44,005 nt of DNA from the NCBI GenBank assembly GCA_038211705.1, contig JBBQVJ010000002.1:1-44005 (forward strand), in the 5' to 3' direction. Numbering within the stretch: the first letter of the stretch is position 1; each line of letters opens with the position of its first letter. Both the position numbers and the translations under genes were made by a program. The stretch is from Candidatus Limnocylindrales bacterium. Its GTDB lineage: Bacteria > Chloroflexota > Limnocylindria > Limnocylindrales > CSP1-4. Under the pieces are notes generated by a model. That model had not been told where the DNA came from, did not search any database, and was given only the letters and a program-made list of their open reading frames with translations. This document shows positions 9,013 through 16,829 of this stretch, piece after piece.

Positions 9013-9393
9013 TCAGGACCGAGGCACGCTCCGGTCGCGCGCGTCGAGCGGCTCGCGGGTCGGCAGCCAGGCCTCGATGGTGGCGGCGTCCCAGATCGGG
9101 CCTTCGCGGAAGCTCAGGATCGGCTCCGGGAAGGTCTTGTCGCCCTGGCGCATGAACCCGAGCAGCGCTGGATTGACGCGTAGTGCGCCGGCCAGCTCCT
9201 CCTGGGTCACCACCGCGAAGCCATCGACCGGCTCGTGAGCCTGGTCGTGCCAGGCGAACGGCCCGGGATTGCCGCCGCCGATGTCGGTCACGAACGTCTG
9301 ACCGCGGTACTGGATGACCCAGGCGCCGTCGGGTCGGTCGTCGATCGGATCGGCCAGGCGGGAGACGCGAACGAGCTTCGGATTGATCGGCAT
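9013..9393 (-). CDS. Hypothetical protein with C-terminal excisionase/MerR-like HTH (HTH_17-like)
   Basis: ORF 9013..9888 trimmed to ATG 9393, because the upstream part is antisense to the VOC gene. C-terminus VVTQEELAGALRVNPALLGFMRQGDKTFPEP...WDAATIEAWL resembles AlpA/excisionase-type HTH. Confidence 0.5.
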   Translation of the reverse strand: MPINPKLVRVSRLADPIDDRPDGAWVIQYRGQTFVTDIGGGNPGPFAWHDQAHEPVDGFAVVTQEELAGALRVNPALLGFMRQGDKTFPEPILSFREGPIWDAATIEAWLPTREPLDARDRSVPRS

Positions 9394-9495
9394 CGGATAA
9401 GCATGCGCCGATGTGTCGATTCGGGTGTCGGTCGTTCGTCGTTGGTTCGAAGGGTGACCGAGGCGAGTGACCGAGGTCCCACGGAGGAACGGACC

Positions 9496-9843
9496 ATGGT
9501 CGAAGCACGAGTCATCCACTTCGAGATCCTGGGCAAGGACCAGAAGGCGCTCCAGAGCTACTACAGCAACCTGTTCGGCTGGCAGTTCGACACCAGCAAC
9601 CCGGGCGGCTACGGGATCACCGATCCGGCCACCACCGGGCCGGCCGTGGGTGTCGGCAGTCCGCCCGAGGGCGCCCCGGGCCACGTCACTGGCTACGTCC
9701 GCGTCGCCGACATCAACGCGACGCTGGAGAAGGCCCAGGGTCTCGGCGGCAGCGTGATCATGCCCAAGTTCAGCCCGGACGGATCGGCCCAGCTGGCGCT
9801 CGTGGCGGATCCCGAGGGCCACGTCATCGGCCTCACCGAGTAA
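9496..9843 (+). CDS. VOC (glyoxalase/bleomycin-resistance) family protein
   Basis: ORF 9235..9843 trimmed to ATG 9496, with GGAGGA 7 nt upstream. MVEARVIHFEILGKDQKALQSYYSNLFGWQF ... DPEGHVIGL is a typical VOC pattern. Confidence 0.85.
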   Translation: MVEARVIHFEILGKDQKALQSYYSNLFGWQFDTSNPGGYGITDPATTGPAVGVGSPPEGAPGHVTGYVRVADINATLEKAQGLGGSVIMPKFSPDGSAQLALVADPEGHVIGLTE

Positions 9844-9897
9844 TCGCTCAGCCCCGGCGTCGGGGGCGTCGGGGGCCGACGGGGCCACGCATCACGG

Positions 9898-9935
9898 GAC
9901 GGACATCGTCATTTCGACGGTGTCCGTCTTCTTCC
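9898..9935 (+). terminator. Intrinsic terminator candidate after the VOC gene
   Basis: 8-bp stem GACGGACA / TGTCCGTC (9898-9905 and 9921-9928) followed by TTCTTCC. Confidence 0.5.
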
Positions 9936-10038
9936 GTGCTGTCCGGGCGGCGCGCGCTATGCGATAGTACCGACCTTCGGCAGGGAGGCCGAGGAGAGAC
10001 CTCGCCGATGTCGGCATCGTCGTCTACGGTGCCCAGGA

Positions 10039-11028
10039 ATGTTGGAGGATGCGATGAAGAACCCGAACCGTCTGTTGGCGCTGCTCGGCGTAGTGGGCCT
10101 GGCGGCCGCCGCCTGCACGAGCAGCGGCGCCTCGACCGCCCCGTCCAGCGCCGCCACGACCGCCCCATCCAGCGCTGCCACGGCCGCGCCGACGACCGCC
10201 GGGTCCGAGGCCCCCTCGGTCGAGCCGTCGGCCGCCGTCGACCCGAACTCGCTGCTGGGCAAGGTCATCTCCAGCGGCAAGATCCGGATCTCGACCGACC
10301 CGAACTACAAGCCGTTCTCGTTCCTCAACGTCGACACCCAGACGTACGAGGGCTTCGACACCTCGACCGCCGAGGAGGCCGTCAAGCGCCTGAGCGCCAA
10401 GCTCGGCAAGGACATCGCCATCGATTGGCAGACGCCCGGCTGGGACCTGATCACGGCCGGTAGCTGGGGTGGCCGCTGGGACATCTCGATCGGCTCGATG
10501 AGCGTCACCGTCGGTCGCGCCAAGGTCGTCGACTTCGTCGACCCGTACTACTTCGACTCGGGCGCCGTCGCCGTCCCGAAGGACTCGCCCATCCAGTCGC
10601 TGTCCGAGCTCGATGGCGGCAAGACGTTCTGCGTCGGCACCGCGACCACCTATGAGCAGTGGCTCAAGGGCACGCTAGAGATCGTCGACCCCAACATCGT
10701 CAAGGTGCCGACGACACCCGACGTCACGTCCCTGCCAACCGACAACGAGTGCGTCCAGGCGGTCGCCGCCGGCCGCAAGTTCGACGCCATCGTCGCCAAC
10801 GCCAACGGCCTGGCCGACGCGGCCAAGACCCAGCCGATCCGGGTCCTCGCTGGCCCGCCGATCTTCACGGTCTCGGTCGCGTTCGCGCTCGACAAGAGCG
10901 GTGCCGACGACAAGTCCCTTGTTGCGCTGCTCAACCAGATCGTCGCCGATATGCACGCCGATGGCACCCTCAAGGGGTTCTCGGAGAAGTGGTTCGACGG
11001 GAAGGACGTCTCCACCAAGCCGTCCTGA
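10039..11028 (+). CDS. Amino-acid ABC transporter substrate-binding lipoprotein (family 3 SBP)
   Basis: Signal peptide with lipobox LAAAAC, Ser/Ala/Pro linker with a duplicated APSSAAT unit, then IRISTDPNYKPFSF and a family-3 body. Alternative start ATG 10054 (MKNPNRL) lies just after GGAGGA. Confidence 0.85.
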   Translation: MLEDAMKNPNRLLALLGVVGLAAAACTSSGASTAPSSAATTAPSSAATAAPTTAGSEAPSVEPSAAVDPNSLLGKVISSGKIRISTDPNYKPFSFLNVDTQTYEGFDTSTAEEAVKRLSAKLGKDIAIDWQTPGWDLITAGSWGGRWDISIGSMSVTVGRAKVVDFVDPYYFDSGAVAVPKDSPIQSLSELDGGKTFCVGTATTYEQWLKGTLEIVDPNIVKVPTTPDVTSLPTDNECVQAVAAGRKFDAIVANANGLADAAKTQPIRVLAGPPIFTVSVAFALDKSGADDKSLVALLNQIVADMHADGTLKGFSEKWFDGKDVSTKPS

Positions 11029-11050
11029 CCGATCCGAAGGTCGTTCCAGT

Positions 11051-11090
11051 GCGCGCCCGGACGCTTGTCGTCCGGGCGCGCTTCCATTTC
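11051..11090 (+). terminator. Hairpin plus T-rich tail between the SBP and permease genes (partial terminator/attenuator candidate)
   Basis: 13-bp stem GCGCGCCCGGACG / CGTCCGGGCGCGC (11051-11063 and 11069-11081) followed by TTCCATTTCC. Confidence 0.5.
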
Positions 11091-11141
11091 CGCGAGGGAG
11101 AAGGGGAGTGAGATGACCGCGACCCCAGGGACGGGCAGACC

Positions 11142-11975
11142 GTGAGCTATGCGGGTGGCGCGGGTATGTCCGCGAATCAACTCCTCGTCGATCAGATCGC
11201 GGAGGCGCGGCAACGCCGCAGCCGTCGCTGGCGGGCGGCATTCCTGGCGACCTGGGCCGTCATCGTCACCGGACTCGTCGCCTTCATCCTCTTATCTGTC
11301 CGCGTCGACACGACATTCCTCCAGAAGACGATCCCGTTCATCCTCGAAGGCATCCCGATCACGCTGTTCCTGGCCGTCACGTCGATCTTCTTCGCGACGA
11401 TCCTCGCGGCATTCGGGGCGCTCGGCCGACTTTCGCCCAATCCGTACCTCAACGGCGTCGCCAGCTTCTACGTCTCGTTCTTTCGCGGGACGCCGTTGAT
11501 CCTCCAGATCCTGTTCATCTACCTCGCGCTGCCGCAGGCCGGGATCGTGCTGCCGGCCATCCCCACCGCGATCGTCGCGCTGAGCCTCAACTACGGGTCC
11601 TACATGACCGAGGTCTTCCGTTCGGGGATCGAGGCGGTCCCCCACGGCCAGACCGAGGCGGCGCAGTCGCTCGGGATGACCTCGCGAACGACGTTCCGTC
11701 GGATCATCGCCCCGCAGGCCTTCCGGATCGTCACGCCGGCCGTCGGCAACGACTTCGTGTCGATGATCAAGGACTCCGCGCTGGCGTCGATCGTCGGGGT
11801 CCAGGAGGTCCTGTGGCGGGCGCAAACGGCGGGACGCCCGAGCTTCCAGTCGATGCAGACGCTGTTGGTGGCGGCCTTCATCTACTGGGTGCTGACGATC
11901 CTGTTCTCGCTGTTTCAGGGTCGACTCGAGCGCCGGATGGCGACCGGCGACCGCGTCCAGAGCCGACGACCATGA
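11142..11975 (+). CDS. Amino-acid ABC transporter permease (His/Glu/Gln/Arg/opine family)
   Basis: 277 aa. FRGTPLILQILFIYL and TEAAQSLGMTSRTTFRRIIAPQAF (EAA loop). Start ambiguous: GTG 11142 or ATG 11166. Confidence 0.85.
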   Translation: MSYAGGAGMSANQLLVDQIAEARQRRSRRWRAAFLATWAVIVTGLVAFILLSVRVDTTFLQKTIPFILEGIPITLFLAVTSIFFATILAAFGALGRLSPNPYLNGVASFYVSFFRGTPLILQILFIYLALPQAGIVLPAIPTAIVALSLNYGSYMTEVFRSGIEAVPHGQTEAAQSLGMTSRTTFRRIIAPQAFRIVTPAVGNDFVSMIKDSALASIVGVQEVLWRAQTAGRPSFQSMQTLLVAAFIYWVLTILFSLFQGRLERRMATGDRVQSRRP

Positions 11976-12811
11976 CGGCCGAGGTGCGCGTGGAGCACGT
12001 GATCGATCCGGCCGAGCGTCCGGGTCACCTGGTCAAGCCCGGCGCCGAGCCGGTCGTCAAGGCGAGCGCGATCGAGAAGCATTTCGATGCCAATCATGTC
12101 CTTCGCGGGTGCTCGATGACGGTCTATCCGGGCGAGACGGTCACCATCCTGGGGCGCTCGGGGTCGGGCAAGAGCACGTTCCTGCGGTGTCTGAACTTCC
12201 TCGAGGAGCCGACGGCGGGGGTCGTGCAGATCGGTGGGGTCGTGGTCGAGGCCGACCCGCTGCGCCAGCACCGCGACCGAGCTGCCGCGGCGAGGATCCG
12301 GCAGCTTCGATTGCACGCCGGGATGCTGTTCCAGGAGTTCAACCTGTTCCCGCATCTGAGCGTCCTGGGGAACCTCATCGAGGCCCCGGTCCACGTCAAG
12401 AAGATGCCGCGGAAGGAGGCCACCGAGCTTGCCGAGACCTATCTCGCAAAGGTCGGGCTCGGCGACAAGCGCGATGAGTATCCGTCCCGGTTGTCGGGTG
12501 GTCAGCGCCAGCGTGTCGCGATCGCCCGGGCGCTGACGATGGAGCCCGACGTGCTGCTGTTCGACGAGCCGACCAGCGCGCTCGATCCGTCGCTGGTGGG
12601 CGAGGTGCTCAAGGTCATGGAGAGCCTGGCCCATGAGGGACGGACGATGATCGTCGTCACCCACGAGATGGCCTTCGCCCGCGAAGCCGCCGACCGCGTG
12701 TACTACATGGATGAAGGCCAGTTCGTCGAGATCGGCCCGCCGGAGCAGGTCATTTCGAATCCCCAGGACGAGCGAACCCGGACGTTCCTGGCGCGGTTCC
12801 TGCACGGATAG
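11972..12811 (+). CDS. Amino-acid ABC transporter ATP-binding protein
   Basis: ORF 11813..12811 trimmed to ATG 11972, which forms an ATGA overlap with the permease stop. Walker A GRSGSGKST, signature LSGGQRQRV, Walker B LLFDEPTSALD. Confidence 0.9.
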   Translation: MTAEVRVEHVIDPAERPGHLVKPGAEPVVKASAIEKHFDANHVLRGCSMTVYPGETVTILGRSGSGKSTFLRCLNFLEEPTAGVVQIGGVVVEADPLRQHRDRAAAARIRQLRLHAGMLFQEFNLFPHLSVLGNLIEAPVHVKKMPRKEATELAETYLAKVGLGDKRDEYPSRLSGGQRQRVAIARALTMEPDVLLFDEPTSALDPSLVGEVLKVMESLAHEGRTMIVVTHEMAFAREAADRVYYMDEGQFVEIGPPEQVISNPQDERTRTFLARFLHG

Positions 12812-12841
12812 GGGTCTTCGTGGCCCGGACCCGTCTCCAGC

Positions 12842-13050
12842 TTGATGCTTGATTTCGCGGACTTGGGGCGGGTTCCGAATCGTATGCGTATGGACGGCAT
12901 CAAAGCCGCCGGGGGCGCCGGGGTTGCTCGGCGGGATCGGATGTCGCCGGCGCGGCGCCGGGGTCCTGGGCGACTCGGATGTCGGCGGCATATGCCGTCC
13001 ATTGGCATATCGAATTTTGGGTCGCGCGGAAGGTCTCAATCAAGCATCAA
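12842..13050. mobile_element. MITE-like palindromic element E2 (best-preserved copy, 209 bp)
   Basis: Perfect 13-bp TIR TTGATGCTTGATT / AATCAAGCATCAA. Subterminal inverted pair ATGGACGGCAT (12890-12900) / ATGCCGTCCAT (12992-13002). Sits between convergent genes. Confidence 0.6.
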
Positions 13051-13103
13051 AGGCGGCGGGGCGCACCAACGCGGGCCGGCGCAGGTCCCAGCTCGTGCCT
13101 GCG

Positions 13104-13877
13104 CTAGGGAAACAGGTCGTTTTCCCGGGGGATGATGACGTCACGGATCGAACCTTCGCCGCGGGTGAAGGCAGCGCCCCGCACGAGTGCGACGGGGCGG
13201 CCGGCAGACTTGCCGAGGGCGAGCTCGGCAGCGGAGGCCAGCTCGTCGGCGACGGCACGTACCGTCGACTTCATGATCCGGCCATCCGCGTCGGGTGTGC
13301 CGCGCAGGTCCTCGAGTGGCACCAGGCCCGACACGCCGATGGCGACGTCGACGATGCCCCAGCGCCACGGCCGGCCGAACGAATCGGACACGATCACGGG
13401 CACGTCGACACCGAACCGAGCCTGGACGGCGGCCCGGATCCCGGCCGCGGAGCGATCCGGATCGACGGGCAGCAGGGTGACGACCGAGCCCGAGGCCGGC
13501 CCGACGTTCGACGCATCGATGCCGCCGTTGGCGCACACGAACCCGTGAGCGGTCTCGGTGATCAGCACGCCGTTCTGCATACGGACGACGCGCCGCGCCT
13601 CGCGGAGGACGACCTCGACCTGGCGCGGGTCGCGATCGAAGCGCGCCGCGAACTTGACCGCGGCGGGGCGGGGGACGACGGTCGTGAGGTCGATGACGGC
13701 ACCCTCGGCCTTCGAGACCACCTTCTGGGTCACGACCAGGACGTCCTCGGTGGTGACCGGCAGCACGCCGGCCGTGCGTTGGATCGCGTTGCCGATGAAC
13801 GTGCCGAGGTCGTCGCCGCCACGGATCTCGGGGATCCCGGCCAGGGCGAGGATTCGGACCGCCGCGTCAGCCGACAC
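13104..13877 (-). CDS. cofE: Coenzyme F420-0:L-glutamate ligase (stand-alone CofE, no FbiB-type C-terminal domain)
   Basis: 257 aa. LVVTQKVVSKAEG, HGFVCANGGIDASN and SDSFGRPWRWG are motifs characteristic of CofE/FbiB-N. Confidence 0.85.
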   Translation of the reverse strand: MSADAAVRILALAGIPEIRGGDDLGTFIGNAIQRTAGVLPVTTEDVLVVTQKVVSKAEGAVIDLTTVVPRPAAVKFAARFDRDPRQVEVVLREARRVVRMQNGVLITETAHGFVCANGGIDASNVGPASGSVVTLLPVDPDRSAAGIRAAVQARFGVDVPVIVSDSFGRPWRWGIVDVAIGVSGLVPLEDLRGTPDADGRIMKSTVRAVADELASAAELALGKSAGRPVALVRGAAFTRGEGSIRDVIIPRENDLFP

Positions 13878-14520
13878 CGAGTCGCTCCGCTTCGGTCGCT
13901 TCGACGAACACGAGATCGTCCGGGGTATCGAGATCGACCGAGAGGGCCCCCTCGACCTCGATGAACTCAGCGCCGGAAGTCTCGGCGGCGGCGCGATGGG
14001 CGCGGCGGCTGCCTGGTCCGAACGCGAAATCGATGACGTCCGGTGGGCTCAACCCGAGCGCGTTGGTGCCGGTGCCGTGGCGGTCGGTGACGAGGACGAC
14101 GCGTGCCCCGGGATCGGTGGCCGGGCGGCCCGCGGTTTCGACCAGTGGCGCCAGGACCTCGCCGACGGCCTCCGCCGTGACGAACGGCAGGTCGATGGGC
14201 AGGACCAGGATCATGTCCGCGCCCCCGGCGACCACATCGATCCGTGCCTCGGACAGGCCCGCGTTGAGGCCGCGGCTCCGTTGACGGAGGGTGCGGGCGC
14301 CGAACGCGGCCGCTTTGGCCAGGACCTCGCGGTCGGGGCTGACGACCAGCACGTCATCGAGCCGATCGACGGCCAGGGCGGTCACCACGGTCCGTGCCAG
14401 GAGATCCTCGACGAGGTCATGTCGCTCCTCCGCGTCCAGCGTCCCGCCGAGACGCGTCTTGGCGCCCTCGAGCGTCCCGACCGGGATGATCGCCGCGACG
14501 CGGAGGCGTGGCGCGGTCAC
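13867..14520 (-). CDS. cofC: 2-phospho-L-lactate / phosphoenolpyruvate guanylyltransferase (CofC/FbiD)
   Basis: 217 aa. AIIPVGTLEGAKTRLG, LNAGL and DRHGTGTNAL are CofC/FbiD-type motifs. Overlaps cofD and cofE. Confidence 0.8.
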   Translation of the reverse strand: MTAPRLRVAAIIPVGTLEGAKTRLGGTLDAEERHDLVEDLLARTVVTALAVDRLDDVLVVSPDREVLAKAAAFGARTLRQRSRGLNAGLSEARIDVVAGGADMILVLPIDLPFVTAEAVGEVLAPLVETAGRPATDPGARVVLVTDRHGTGTNALGLSPPDVIDFAFGPGSRRAHRAAAETSGAEFIEVEGALSVDLDTPDDLVFVEATEAERLGVG

Positions 14521-15473
14521 GCCGTTGCTCCCCGGGCGCCCGTTGCGGCCCCCGCGAACGCGACCACCTCGCGAGCGAGTCGTGCGCGACCAAGATGGTC
14601 GGCCATGATCGTGTCGGTCACCAGCGTCCGATAGCCGAGCCCCGCGATGTCGGGCTCGAGCGCGGCATCGACAGTGTCGAGCACGAACGCCGTCGCGAGG
14701 CCCTCGTAGATCCGGGCCACGCCCAGGGCGCTCGATTCGTGCCCGAGTGAGACGAGCATCCTGCCGGCCGGGCCCTTGAGCGCGACCCCGCCCACGATCG
14801 GGCTGACCGCCACGACGGTGGTGCCGGCAAGCGCCCGTTCCGCGACGAGCCCGCCGATCGGCCCGGCGAGGATGGGTCCGATCGAGACGATCGGGTTGGA
14901 CGGCCCGATGACGATGATCTCGGCGGCCTCGAGAGCGGCCGATACGTCGGCCGTCGGCGTGGCGTCGCCGGCGAACCGGACCTCACTGACATCGGGCGCC
15001 TGTCGACGGTGGACGAAGTATTCCTGGAAGTCGAGCCAGCCCTCGTCGATCCTGACCTGGGTCCGGACCGGCGCGTCGGCCATCGGCAGGATCGGGGTCG
15101 GGATGCCGAGTGCGGTCTGGAGCGAGCGGACCGCCTCGGTCAGCGTTCGTCCCTCGCGGATCCGTGCGGTCCGGGCGATGTGCGTCGCGAAGTCGCGATC
15201 GCCGAGCCGGAACCAGGCATCCTCGCCGTACTCGACCAGGCCGTCCATCACGGTCCAGGTCTCGCCGGCGATCCCCCAGCCCCGTTCGTCGTCGAATTGG
15301 CCAGACAGCATGTACAGCACGGCGTCGTGATCGGGCATCACCAGCAGGCCGTGCCGCTCGGTGTCGTCGCCGGTGTTGACCACCACGGTCAGCTCGCCCG
15401 CGGGGAGTGCCTGCTGGAGACCGTGCGCGAGCTTCGCGCCACCGGTGCCACCGGCCAGGACCACGACGCTCAC
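14517..15473 (-). CDS. cofD: 2-phospho-L-lactate transferase (CofD/FbiA)
   Basis: ORF 14517..15635 trimmed to GTG 15473, 7 nt after the upstream stop. [23 protein letters not shown] and [14 protein letters not shown]. Confidence 0.9.
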   Translation of the reverse strand: MSVVVLAGGTGGAKLAHGLQQALPAGELTVVVNTGDDTERHGLLVMPDHDAVLYMLSGQFDDERGWGIAGETWTVMDGLVEYGEDAWFRLGDRDFATHIARTARIREGRTLTEAVRSLQTALGIPTPILPMADAPVRTQVRIDEGWLDFQEYFVHRRQAPDVSEVRFAGDATPTADVSAALEAAEIIVIGPSNPIVSIGPILAGPIGGLVAERALAGTTVVAVSPIVGGVALKGPAGRMLVSLGHESSALGVARIYEGLATAFVLDTVDAALEPDIAGLGYRTLVTDTIMADHLGRARLAREVVAFAGAATGARGATA

Positions 15474-15480
15474 CGCGGCG

Positions 15481-16407
15481 TCACCCGTCCAGGAGCTCGC
15501 GGACCTCGGCCATCCGGTCGATCGTCTCGCGGTCGTACGGCGCCGGCATGCGGACGATGATGGTCTCGAAGCCCAGCTCGACATACGGCCGTAGCGTGTC
15601 GGCCACTTCGGTCGGGGACCCGAGCAGCGCGACACCGCTCTCCATCTGCTCGATGCCGTTGTGCGCCATCAGTGCGCCATACGTCGTCCCGGCCGCCGCC
15701 TCGTCGTCACGCAGGATGATCGGGAAGCTGACCGTCTTCTCGATCAGCGCGATGTCGCGCCCGACGTCGACACAATGCTCGGCCAGGATGTCGAGCCGCC
15801 CGCGGACCTCGTCGACCGTCCCGCTGGTGTTCCACGCATCGGCCCGCTGTGCCACCGTCCGGAGCGTCTTCTTCGGCCCCGAGCCGCCGACCAGGATCGG
15901 CAGGTGGGCCTGGACCGGGCCCGGAGCGACCAGCGCGTCACGGAACGTGTAGAACCGGCCCTCGTGGCTGAACCGCTCGCCGTCCAGCAGCCGGCGCATG
16001 AGCATGACCGCTTCGTCGAGCCGGTCGAGCCGCTCGCCATGTCCGGAGAAGAAGTCGATGCCGAAGGCCTCGTGCTCGCGCTCGAACCAGGCGCCACCGA
16101 TGCCGAGCACCGCCCGGCCGTTCGAGAGGTGATCGAGGGTCGTCGCGATCTTGGCGGTGTGCCCCGGGTTGCGGAACGTGTTGGCGCCGACCATCAGCCC
16201 GAGGCGCATCCGCGTCGTCAGCGGCGCCACACCACACAGGAGGCTCCAGCCTTCGAAGATCGGCTGCTCCCACGGCCCGAAGATGGCCAGCAGGTGGTCC
16301 CACGTCCAGACCGAGTCCCAGCCCGCGGCTTCAGCGGCGAGCGCGGCGTCCCGGAAGCCCGGCCAACCCGTCCGCTGCGACCAGAGCTGGAGCCCGAAGC
16401 GGGTCAT
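15481..16407 (-). CDS. LLM-class F420-dependent oxidoreductase
   Basis: ORF trimmed to ATG 16407 (ATGA overlap with the PPOX gene stop). MTRFGLQLW...WDSVWTWDHLL...LSNGRAVLGIGGAW luciferase-like pattern. Confidence 0.8.
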   Translation of the reverse strand: MTRFGLQLWSQRTGWPGFRDAALAAEAAGWDSVWTWDHLLAIFGPWEQPIFEGWSLLCGVAPLTTRMRLGLMVGANTFRNPGHTAKIATTLDHLSNGRAVLGIGGAWFEREHEAFGIDFFSGHGERLDRLDEAVMLMRRLLDGERFSHEGRFYTFRDALVAPGPVQAHLPILVGGSGPKKTLRTVAQRADAWNTSGTVDEVRGRLDILAEHCVDVGRDIALIEKTVSFPIILRDDEAAAGTTYGALMAHNGIEQMESGVALLGSPTEVADTLRPYVELGFETIIVRMPAPYDRETIDRMAEVRELLDG

Positions 16408-16829
16408 TCGTCGAGGTGATCGTGGACGGACTCCGGGCAGAACCGGAAACTGATCCGTTCCTGGGCCTCGAAGCGGGCGATCGAGCGCGCGACCTCGTCC
16501 GGTTCGGCGCCCTCGTAGCGACGGGCCATCCCGGCGATGTCCGCCTGCGTCGTCGCGCGGTCGGTGATCGCCCGGACCGTGCCGGTCAGCCCGGCCCACC
16601 GGAGGCCATCAACCGGATCGATGACCGACAATGCGATTCGCGGGTCGCGCAGCAGGTTGCTGGGCCAGCGCCGCCCGACCGCGCTGTTGATCACGACCTC
16701 ATCGCCATCGATGGTGTACCAGATGACCGCCTGGCGCGGCGATCCGTCGGGATCGATGGTCGAGATGGTCGCATAGCGCTCGTCGTCGAGAAAGGTCCGG
16801 ACACGCTCGGGCAGGGGACGGTCGGTCAT
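16404..16829 (-). CDS. PPOX-class (pyridoxamine-5'-phosphate-oxidase fold) F420-dependent oxidoreductase
   Basis: 141 aa. ATISTIDPDGSPRQAVIWYTIDGDEVVINSAVGRRWPSNLLRDPRIALSV. ATGA overlap with the EAL gene stop. Confidence 0.8.
   Translation of the reverse strand: MTDRPLPERVRTFLDDERYATISTIDPDGSPRQAVIWYTIDGDEVVINSAVGRRWPSNLLRDPRIALSVIDPVDGLRWAGLTGTVRAITDRATTQADIAGMARRYEGAEPDEVARSIARFEAQERISFRFCPESVHDHLDE

Noticed and set aside
9013-9393. The excisionase-like HTH protein could mark a prophage or integrative element.
   Set aside because: No integrase, att-like repeats, tRNA target or phage genes lie nearby, and the flanking genes are ordinary housekeeping or metabolic genes.
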